Below are positions 1 to 9,880 of a DNA stretch of 64,000 nt, piece after piece. How positions within the stretch are numbered: position 1 is the first letter of the stretch; each line of letters begins with the position of its first letter. The notes below the pieces were generated by a model. The model was given only the letters and a program-made list of their open reading frames with translations, was not told the origin of the DNA and did no database searches. The translations under genes were made by a program, and so were the position numbers. The DNA is taken from NCBI GenBank assembly GCA_964016885.1, contig OZ024740.1, positions 39,866,001 to 39,930,000 on the forward strand, read 5' to 3'. The stretch comes from Eledone cirrhosa (lineage: Eukaryota).

Positions 1-126
1 AATAGAATGAAACGAAATTTCATTTCTCACTCTTAGTACGGCACTTACTTAAATGTAAGTATGTATGTATACGTACATACATATATGTATACAGACGTAC
101 AGTAGCATGCATATATATATATATAC
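1..126 (-). repeat. Inverted partial copy of the 466-bp unit (continues at 854-886 after a LINE insertion)
   Basis: 1-120 is the reverse complement of about 1251-1370. 854-886 (…TACATACAGGTACACA) is the reverse complement of about 1216-1250. Confidence 0.85.
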
Positions 127-853
127 ATGCTCCGCTGGATGTGTAACAGTAATATACGTGAACGGCAAAGCATAAACGAACTAAGGAAAAAATTAGAAAT
201 AAGAGGGATCAGATGTTGCTTACTCGAGAGAAGGCTACGTTGGTATGGACACGTGATGCGCATGAAAGTCGATAGCTGTATAACAAAGTGCAGGGCAATA
301 AAGATAGACGGTAGCCACGGAATAGGCAGACCTAGAAAAACCTGGGACGAGCTGATAAACTCCGACCTCACACACTTACACCTCTCCAAGACAATGTCAC
401 TGGACCGAGACCTTTGGCGGTACTCAGTAACAGAGAAGACCCGCCTTACCTAAATACATAGTAAAACCTACTACAGCCAGTAGGCATCTCTAACAAAATA
501 CGCCCCGTCCCACCACCACCACCCCCACCCCATCCACACCACCCCGTTCTATGTAAAGTTATGTTGGTGCCGCGCCATCCAGGCCGAAACAAATGAGATC
601 GTGTAGGTGTCATGACAAAAAAACACACAGTCCACGCTGTAATGTGGCCATGTAGGCAACATGGTAAAAACCTCCCAGACCCACACTGTAAATGTGGTTG
701 GTGTTAGGAAGGGCATCCAACTGTAGAAAACCTGCCAGACAGTCCTATGCGAGCAAGACAATCACTCTTGCCTCAAGTGGGACTACCCCCGTCCAAACCC
801 ATGCAAGCGTGGAACACGGACATTAAACGTTGATGATGATGATGATGATGATG
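127..853 (+). mobile_element. 5'-truncated RTE-clade LINE (ORF C-terminus, 3' UTR and (GAT)n tail)
   Basis: ORF 127-453 (MLRWM..RRLRWYGHVMRM..GRPRKTW) is near-identical to the ends of the copies at 11602 and 45951. (GAT)n tail. ATATACAT on both sides (121-128 and 854-861) is a possible TSD. Confidence 0.9.
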
Positions 854-1033
854 ATATACATATATATATATACATACAGGTACACAAATTTCGTTTCATT
901 CTATTACAACTTATCGTTTTCGGTACGCCTGGCCGACTGAACTCACTCGATATGCAAATTAGGCTGCTCAGCCGTTAATTTTCATAAGGAAAGTATATAC
1001 TTCCGAACGTTCAACCATCTGGCAGAAGGGTAT

Positions 1034-1075
1034 ACGGTGCTGATGATAGCTAAGAAGCTTGAAATTGTACATCGT
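1034..1075 (+). ncRNA. Minimal type-I hammerhead ribozyme, copy 1 (helix III degenerate)
   Basis: ACGGTG-CTGATGA-T-AGCT-AAGA-AGCT-T-GAAA-TT-GTA-CATCGT. Helix I is ACGGTG/CATCGT and helix II is AGCT/AGCT. Confidence 0.6.
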
Positions 1076-1230
1076 TCCTGTGTCAGTGTTGAACAAAAAG
1101 TTGACGTGGTTGCCTTAACACCGTACGGCATAAATCAGGCTGTCCATTTGTTTACAAACGAACAAAGCGGGCGTTATAATAAACGTCCGCTAAACTGATA
1201 CGTACATATATATATATGTGTACCTGTATG

Positions 1231-1261
<31 letters not shown>

Positions 1262-1499
1262 GCATGCTACTGTACGTCTGTATACATATATGTATGTACG
1301 TATACATACATACTTACATTTAAGTAAGTGCCGTACTAAGAGTGAGAAATGAAATTTCGTTTCATTCTATTACAACTTATCGTTTTCGGTATGCCTGGCC
1401 GACTGAACTCACTCGATATGCAAATTAGGCTGCTCAGCCGTTAATTTTCATAAGGAAAGTATATACTTTCGAACGTTCAACCATCTGGCAGAAGGGTAT

Positions 1500-1542
1500 A
1501 CGGTGCTGATGATAGCTAAGAAGCTTGAAACTAGTACATCGT
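1500..1542 (+). ncRNA. Minimal type-I hammerhead ribozyme, copy 2
   Basis: ACGGTG-CTGATGA-T-AGCT-AAGA-AGCT-T-GAAA-C-TA-GTA-CATCGT: complete core, palindromic ACTAGT helix III, GUA cleavage triplet at 1534-1536. Confidence 0.75.
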
Positions 1543-1695
1543 TCCTGTGTCACTGTTGAACAAAAAATTGACGTGGTTGCCTTAACACCGTACGGCATAA
1601 ATCAGGCTGTCCGTTTGTTTACAAACGGACAAAGCGGGCGTTATAATAAACATCCGCTAAACTGATACGTACATATATATATGTGTACCTGTATG

Positions 1696-1726
<31 letters not shown>

Positions 1727-1827
1727 GCATGCTACTGTACGTCTGTATACATATATGTATGTACGTATACATACATACTTACATTTAAGTAAGTGCCGTA
1801 CTAAGAGTGAGAAATGAAATTTCGTTT

Positions 1828-1885
<58 letters not shown>

Positions 1886-1887
<2 letters not shown>

Positions 1888-2266
1888 CATAGGATCAAGA
1901 TTTTTGGCATTATGTAGTAATACAGAAGACATGCCTTCCCATGCGCACGGACATACATCCAGTAGGCACCTCATAACCACTATACCCCAACCCACCCACT
2001 CCTCTCCACACCACCCTTACACTGTAAACAAAATATATCCAGCCCACATTGTAAAATGGTCGTGTAGGTGTCACGACAAAAAGCACCCAGGACACACTAT
2101 AAAGTGGTTGCTATTAAGAAAGGCATCCAGCCATAGAAACTTAGCCAGAAACAGTTCTATATGAGTAAGACATGGTCGCCTGACCCAACTTGCCTCAAAT
2201 GAGACAACCCGTCTAACCCATGCTAGCATGAAAAATGGACGTTAAATGATGATGATGATGATGATA
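1886..2266 (+). mobile_element. SINE-like element with RTE-type 3' tail
   Basis: Shares GGCAT..GTAGTAATACAGAAGAC, AAGGCATCCAGC and CCCGTCTAACCCATGCTAGC..GGACGTTAAA(TGA)n with the copies at 21262 and 28772. Confidence 0.7.
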
Positions 2267-2500
2267 TCATCATCATCATCGTTTAACGTCCATCTTCCAC
2301 GCTAGCATGAGTTAGACAGTTTTGTTCCATTTGATGCGTGAATGGTCGGGAGACCATGTCTCGCTCACACGGAAGCGTCTCTGACAGGTTATTTTTACAG
2401 TTGGATGCTCTTCCTAACACCAACCACATTTGCAGTGTGGACTGGGAGCCTTTTCACCGTGTCTCCTACACGGACACTTTACAGTGTGGACTGTTGTCAT
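2267..2500 (-). mobile_element. SINE/LINE 3' fragment lying tail-to-tail with the preceding element
   Basis: (ATC)n, GTTTAACGTCC..GCTAGCATG and GGATGCTCTTCCTAACACCAACC are reverse complements of the family motifs. Confidence 0.7.
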
Positions 2501-2606
2501 CGACACAAATATATATAAATATATATATATATAACATATATATATATATATATGTCTAATCCATGCTAACGTGGAAGATAGACGTTAAACGATGATGATG
2601 ATGATA

Positions 2607-2770
2607 TGATGGGCTTTCACACAGTTTCCATCTACAAAATTTCTCTCACAAGTTATTGGTTAATCTGAGGATATAGTAAAAGAAACTTGCCAAGGTGCCA
2701 TGCAAAGGAGTTAAAGCTGAAAACATATAGTTGTAAAGTGATCATGTTAACCACATAGCTATCTGTGGCT
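2607..2770 (-). mobile_element. Decayed tRNA-derived SINE
   Basis: Minus strand reads TAGCTATGTGGTTAA (A-box-like), GGCACCTTGGCAAG and GTAGATGGAAACTG..AAAGCCC. A related fragment lies near 8555-8630. Confidence 0.5.
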
Positions 2771-3339
2771 TTTAAAATATATAGATTTGTTAAATTGTTA
2801 TTTTCTAATATTTGTGAGTATACGGCAGACATTTAAAACGCAGTAAATATATGGTTCTGATCTACTCATATACTCCCCTCTTTAGAAAACATGGACTCAT
2901 CCAGTTATCTTTGAGATTGTTACCTACAATTCATCAGAATAAGGTGAAGTATTGTGTAGAGAACAAAAGAAATGGTTTTAAACTGAAACAAAGTTGCATA
3001 TTTTGAACGAATAAATTTAGATCGACATAATATAATAATGTATATTATTCATAGATACAAAAAGAAGCATTTTTTCTATTGAATAGTTAACAAATGTACT
3101 GGAAACCCTTCTAGGTAAGCAGGATAGAGTATAGCTACTTATTGAAAGTGTCACGTCTCATAGATTGTCTTTGCAATAATGTTTATATAATTCCTCTTTC
3201 TATTGTCTTCAATTAAGTACATTGATCTGAGATGATAAGATATTTCTCCTGTTGTAACTTTATAAGGAGTTTTATTTCAACAGATCAGTTTAGGATAGAA
3301 ATATTTCTTCTGATATATTTAGATACAAAGAATGTGACT

Positions 3340-3496
3340 GCAATAGCAGCAACAACAACAATTATTACAACAGAAATAACAGTAACAGCAACAACTACAA
3401 CAGAGATAATAACAACAACAGCAGCAGCAATAACAATAATTACAATTGCAATAATAATAACAACATCAATAACAACAACAACAACGGCAATAATAA
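3340..3496. repeat. (ACA/ATA)n low-complexity microsatellite
   Basis: Degenerate AAC/AAT triplet run. It produces spurious Thr/Ile and Val ORFs. Confidence 0.85.
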
Positions 3497-3930
3497 TTGC
3501 TTCTACTTTTGGCACAAACCCAGCAATTTGAGGGGAAAGGGAAACTCAATTAAATCAACCCCAGTGCATTACTGGCTCTGTGTTTTATCAACCCTGTAAG
3601 GATGAAAGGAAAAGTTAACCTTGGTGGGATTTGAACTCAAAACATAAAGGACTGTAACTATAAGCTGCAAAACATGTTGTCCGATGCTCTACCAATTCTG
3701 CTAATTCACTGCCTTACAACAGCAAAAATGATTTCTGATTGAGGCACAAACCCTGGGGAAGGGGAAGTCGATTAAATTGATCCCAGTGTGTCACTGGTGC
3801 TGTATTTTATTGACCCCGTAAGGATGAAAGGCATAGTTAACATGGGCGGGATTTGAACTCAGAACATAAATGGATGTAACTCTGCGTTAAAGCATGACGT
3901 CCGACCCTCTACCGATACTGCCAATCACAA
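3497..3930 (-). mobile_element. Two tandem tRNA-derived SINEs (TTTGCCTTTCATCC family)
   Basis: Each has GGATGAAAGG...GGGATTTGAACTC (B-box GAGTTCAAATCC on minus) and an A-box-like TGGCAGTATCGGTAGAG. Many further copies occur in the window. Confidence 0.75.
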
Positions 3931-4029
3931 CACCATCAATAACAATAACAACAATTATAATTAAAATACCTGTAACTGAAAGGAATCAACTCAGTATATT
4001 ATTTGATATATGAGGTTTGATAGGTCTGT

Positions 4030-7000
4030 GACTCAGTATATTATATATGAGGTGTGACAGGGCCCATGATTTGGTATATTATATATGAGGTGTGACAGGG
4101 CCCATGACTTTGTATATTATATATGAGGTGTGACAGGGCCCATGACTTGGTATATTATATATGAGGTGTGACAGGGCCCATGACTTAGTATATTATATAT
4201 CAGGTGTGACAGGGCCCATGACTTGGTATATTATATATCAGGTGTGACAGGGCCCATGACTTGGTATATTATATATGAGGTGTGACAGGGCCCATGACTT
4301 GGTATATTATATATAAGGTGTGACAGGGCCCATTACTTGGTATATTATATATAAGGTGTGACAGGGCCCATGACTTGGTATATTATATATGAGGTGTGAC
4401 AGGGCCCATGACTTGGTATATTATATATCAGGTGTGACAGAGCCCATGACTTGGTATATTATATATCAGGTGTGACAGGGCCCATAACTTGGTATATTAT
4501 ATATGAGGTGTGACAGGGCCCATGACTTGGTATATTATATATGAGGTGTGACAGGGCCCATGACTTGGTATATTATATATGAGGTGTGACAGGGCCCATG
4601 ACTTGGTATATTATATATGAGGTGTGACAGGGCCCATGACTTGGTATATTATATATGAGGTGTGACAGGGCCCATGACTTGGTATATTATATATGAGGTG
4701 TGACAGGGCCCATGACCTGGTATATTATATATAAGGTGTGACAGGGCCCATGACTTGGTATATTATATATAAGGTGTGACAGGGCCCATGAGTTGGTATA
4801 TTATATGAGGTGTGACAGAGCCCATGACTTGGTATATTATATATGAGGTGACAGGGCCCATGACTTGGTATATTATATATGAAGTGTGACAGGGCCCATG
4901 ACTTGGTATATTATATATAAGGTGTGACAGGGCCCATGACTTGGTATATTATATATCAGGTGTGACAGGGCCCATGACTTGGTATATTATATATCAGGTG
5001 TGACAGGGCCCATGACTTGGTATATTATATATGAGGTGTGACAGGGCCCATGACTTGGTATATTATATATGAGGTGTGACAGGGCCCATGACCTGGTATA
5101 TTATATATAAGGTGTGACAGGGCCCATGACTTGGTATATTATATATAAGGTGTGACAGGGCCCATGAGTTGGTATATTATATGAGGTGTGACAATGCCCA
5201 TGACTTGGTATATTATATATGAGGTGTGACATGGCCCATGACTTGGTATATTATATATGAAGTGTGACAGGGCCCATGACTTGGTATATTATATATAAGG
5301 TGTGACAGGGCCCATGACTTGGTATATTATATATGAGGTGTGACAGGGCCCATGACTTGGTATATTATATATGAAGTGTGATAGGGCCCATGACTTGGTA
5401 TATTATATATGAAGTGTGACAGGGCCCATGACTTGGTATATTATATATAAGGTCTGAGAGGGCCCCTGACTTGGTATATTATATATCAGGTGTGACAGGG
5501 CCCATGACTTGGTATATTATATATGAGGTGTGACATAGCCCACGACTTGGTATATTATATATGAGGTGTGACAGGGCCCATGACATGGTATATTATATAT
5601 CAGGTGTGACAGGGCCCATGACTTGGTATATTATATATGAGGTGTGACAGGACCCATGACTCAGTATGTTATATATGAGGTGTGACATAGCCCATGACTT
5701 GGTATATTATATATGAGGTGTGACAGGGCCCATGACTTGGTATATTATATATCAGGTGTGACAGGGTCCATGACATGGTATATTATATATGAAGTGTGAC
5801 AGGGCCCATGACTTGGTATATTATATATAAGGTGTGACAGGGCCCATGACTTGGTATATTATATATAAGGTGTGACAGGGCCCATAACTTGGTATATTAT
5901 ATATGAGGTGTGACAGGGCCCATGACTTGGTATATTATATATGAGGTGTGACAGGGCCCATGACTTGGTATATTATATATAAGGTGTGACAGGGCCCATG
6001 ACTTGGTATATTATATATAAGGTGTGACAGGGCCCCTGACTTGGTATATTATATATCAAGTGTGACAGGGCTCATGACTTGGTATATTGTATATGAGGTG
6101 TGACAGAGCCCATGACTTGGTATATTATATATCAGGTGTGACAGGGCCCATAACTTGGCATATTATATATGAGGTGTGAGAGGGTCCATGACTTGGTATA
6201 TTATATATGAGGTGTGACAGGGCCCATGCCTCAGTATATTATATATCAGGTGTGACAGGGCTCATGACTTGGTATATTGTATATGAGGTGTGACAGAGCC
6301 CATGACTTGGTGTATTATATATCAGGTGTGACAGGGCCCATAACTTGGTATATTATATATGAGGTGTGAGAGGGTCCATGACTTGGTATATTATATATGA
6401 GGTGTGACAGGGCCCATGACTCAGTATATTATATATGAGGTGTGACATAGCCCATGACTTGGTATATTATATATGAGGTGTGACAGGGCCCATGACTTGG
6501 TATATTATATATCAGGTGTGACAGGGCCCATGATTGGTATATTATATATCAGGTGTGACAGGGCCCATGACTTGGTATATTATATATCAGGTGTGACAGG
6601 GCCCATGACTTGGTATATTATATATGAAGTGTGACAGGGGCCATGACTTGGTATATTATATATAAGGTGTGACAGGGCCCATGACTTGGTATATTATATA
6701 TAAGGTGTGACAGGGCCCATGACTTGGTATATTATATATGAGGTGTGACAGGGTCCATGACTTGGTATATTATATATGAGGTGTGACAGGGCCCATGACT
6801 TGGTATATTATATATGAGGTGTGACAGGGCCCATGACTTGGTATATTATATATAAGGTGTGACAGGGCCCATGACTTGGTATATTATATATAAGGTGTGA
6901 CAGGGCCCATGAGTTGGTATATTATATATGAGGTGTGACAGGGCCCATGACTTGGTATATTATATATGAGGTGTGACAGGGCCCATGACTTGGCATATTA

Positions 7001-8280
7001 TATATGAAGTGTGACAGGGCCCATGACATGGTATATTATATATAAGGTGTGACGAGGCCCCTGACTTGGTATATTATATATCAGGTGTGACAGGGCCCAT
7101 GACTTGTTATATTATATATGAGGTGTGACAGAGCCCATGACTTGGTATATTATATATCAGGTGTGACAGGGCCCATAACTTGGTATATTATATATGAGGT
7201 GTGAGAGGGTCCATGACTTGGTATATTATATATGAGGTGTGACAGGGCCCATGACTCAGTATATTATATATGAGGTGTGACATAGCCCATGACTTGGTAT
7301 ATTATATATGAGGTGTGACAGGGCCCATGACTTGGTATATTATATATCAGGTGTGACCGGGCCCATGACTTGGTATATTATATATCAGGTGTGACAGGGC
7401 CCATGACTCGGTATATTATATGAGGTGTGACAGGGCCCATGACTTGGTATATTATATATGAGGTGTGACAGAGCCCATGACTTGGTATATTATATATGAG
7501 GTGTGACAGAGCCCATGACTTGGTATATTATATATGAGGTGTGACAGAGCCCATGACTTGGTATATTATATATGAGGTGTGACAGAGCCCATGACTTGGT
7601 ATATTATATATGAGGTGTGACAGAGCCATGACTTGGTATATTATATGAGGTGTGACAGGGCCTATGACTTGGTATATTATATATAAGGTGTGACAGGGCC
7701 CATGACTCGGTATATTATATATGAGGTGTGACAGGGCCCGATGACTTGGTATATTATATATAAGGTGTGACAGGGCCAATGACTCGGTATATTATGAGGT
7801 GTGACAGGGCCCATGACTTGGTATATTATATATGAGGTGTGACAGGGCCCATGACTTGGTATATTATATGAGGTGTGACAGGGCCCATGACTTGGCATAT
7901 TATATATGAAGTGTGACAGGGCCCATGACATGGTATATTATATATAAGGTGTGACAGGGCCCCTGACTTGGTATATTATATATCAGGTGTGACAGGGCCC
8001 ATGACTTGGTATATTATATGAGGTGTGACAGGGCCCATGACTTGGTATATTATATATGAGGTGTGACAGGGCCCATTGCTCAGTATATTATATATGTAAG
8101 AGAAGTTGCAACAGGGCCCATTGCTCAGTATATTATATATGTAAGAGAAGTTGCAACAGGGCCCATTGCTCAGTATATTATATATGAGAAGGTGAGACAG
8201 AGCACATGACTCAGTATATTATATAAGAGACATGGCAGGGCCCATGACTCAGTATATTATGTAAGAGATGTGACAGGGAC
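4030..8280. repeat. 38-bp minisatellite (~105 copies), GAGGTGTGACAGGGCCCATGACTTGGTATATTATATAT
   Basis: Period of 38 bp (e.g. 4391 to 4581 = 5 units), with degenerate units at both edges. Confidence 0.97.
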
Positions 8281-8288
8281 CATAAACT

Positions 8289-8417
8289 GTTGATAGATGG
8301 ACCTCAGTCAGTTGCCATGGTGAGTGTTCCAGTTGATAGATGAACCTCAGTCAGTTGCCATGGTGAGTGTTCCAGTTGATAGATGGACCTCAGTCAGTTG
8401 CCATGGTGAGTGTTCCC
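8289..8417. repeat. 43-bp tandem repeat x3
   Basis: GTTGATAGATGGACCTCAGTCAGTTGCCATGGTGAGTGTTCCA at 8289, 8332 and 8375. Confidence 0.9.
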
Positions 8418-8874
8418 ATTGTTTGATCAATGAAATTAATGTATAAGTAGCTGAGTATTCCAGAAACACATATACTCTTAATGTAATTCTCAGGGAGATT
8501 CAGCATGACACTGTGTATGATAAAGCAGGCCCTTTGAATTTCAGCTAGTCCATCTCATGGGCTTCCAAACAGTTTCTGTCTACCCAATTTCACTCACATG
8601 GTTTGGGCTGACTCAATGTTATAGTAAACTTGACCACCCGTGACCTGTTGGGTCACATACACTTCAAAATATATTTTTCACTTAAAATATATGTTCACTT
8701 AAAAATAATTTTTAAATAATTAAAATATACCCAGACATGTATATGTGAAATGAAACTTGAAGGTCCATATATATACGTGTGTGTATGTATATATAAATGT
8801 GTATGTGTATATACACATACATGTGTGTGTGTATATGTATGTGGGTGTCTGTGATCTATATACACTGGTCATAG

Positions 8875-8905
<31 letters not shown>

Positions 8906-8915
8906 CCCATACACT

Positions 8916-8962
<47 letters not shown>

Positions 8963-9351
8963 CACCACCAGCTCTCTTCTATTCTCCTTCTCTGTCTCCT
9001 CTCCCTCTCTATATGTCTCTCTTTCAATCTACTGTCACAACCACTATCTCTTCCTCTCTCTCTCTCTGTTTATGAAGGTACCCGGAAAAACCCATCTCAG
9101 GAACCTGTGGTCTGATTTACGTGAAACTTGTTTTCTTCCATTTGTATTCCCATTTCAGGGTCAACTTCCTTTCAAAGTATTTTTCCATTATGCACCCTTT
9201 TGGCTGTATTACATTACAGACAAACAAGCAAGCAATCACAGACTTTTAGTAGTATATAGATTACACTTGCTCAAGGGACCATACAGTGTGATCAAACTTG
9301 GACCTAATAATTGTGAAGCAAACTCCTTAACCATTTTGCCAGACTATGTCT

Positions 9352-9522
9352 GTGAAGGCGCATGGCTTAGTGGTTAGAGCATTGGGCTTGCAATCGAAAG
9401 GTTGTGAGTTCAATTCTCGGACCAGGTGATGTGTTGTTTCCTTGAGCAAAACACTTTATTTCACTTTGCTCCAGTTTACTCAGCTGTAGAAATGAGATGA
9501 TAGGACTGAGGTCCCTATCATT
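9352..9522 (+). mobile_element. tRNA-derived SINE (TGGCTTAGTGGTTAG family)
   Basis: A-box TGGCTTAGTGG, B-box GAGTTCAATTC and body CCTTGAGCAA..CACTTTATTTCAC. Near-identical to 47357. Confidence 0.8.
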
Positions 9523-9880
9523 AAATCACCCAAGACACCTCCAACGAGATATACCTTGGAGGCCAGCTAAACCTGCATAGGTGTGAGCTGTCACACGCGC
9601 GTGCGTGCATACTATCTCTACATTATAACAGTTATTTCAGAATAACTTTCCGAAACTATCATTCAGGTAGTAAGTACTATAACAGTTTTTCTTTCATACA
9701 ACATTATTAGTTTTTCTTTCAGACATCCTTATAACATATATTTCAGACATCCTTATAACATATATTTCAGACATCCTTATAACATATATTTCAGACATCA
9801 TTATATCAGATATATTTCAGACATCATTATAACAGATATATTTCAGATATTATAACAGTTTAGTTTTTCTTTCATACATC

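Larger units (their letters stand above)
886..1835 (+). repeat. ~466-bp tandem repeat (two full units plus the start of a third) carrying a hammerhead ribozyme; retrozyme/Penelope pLTR-like
   Basis: AAATTTCGTTTCATTCTAT recurs at 886, 1352 and 1817. The intervening sequence is nearly identical between units, and each unit holds a CTGATGA...GAAA core. Confidence 0.85.

Noticed and set aside
3232-3531. Thr/Ile-rich mucin-like ORF and its antisense Val-rich ORF
   Set aside because: Trinucleotide microsatellite.
4030-8280. CRISPR-like array (38-bp repeat with an internal palindrome)
   Set aside because: Units are contiguous with no unique spacers, there are no cas genes, and the context is eukaryotic. 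The same applies to the 28-, 37- and 65-bp arrays.
8757-9377. 206-aa ORF
   Set aside because: Built from (TA)/(CA)/(TC) microsatellites running into a SINE head; no domain signal.
9352-9430. tRNA gene
   Set aside because: A/B boxes are present, but there is no complete cloverleaf and the sequence continues into a SINE body found in multiple copies.
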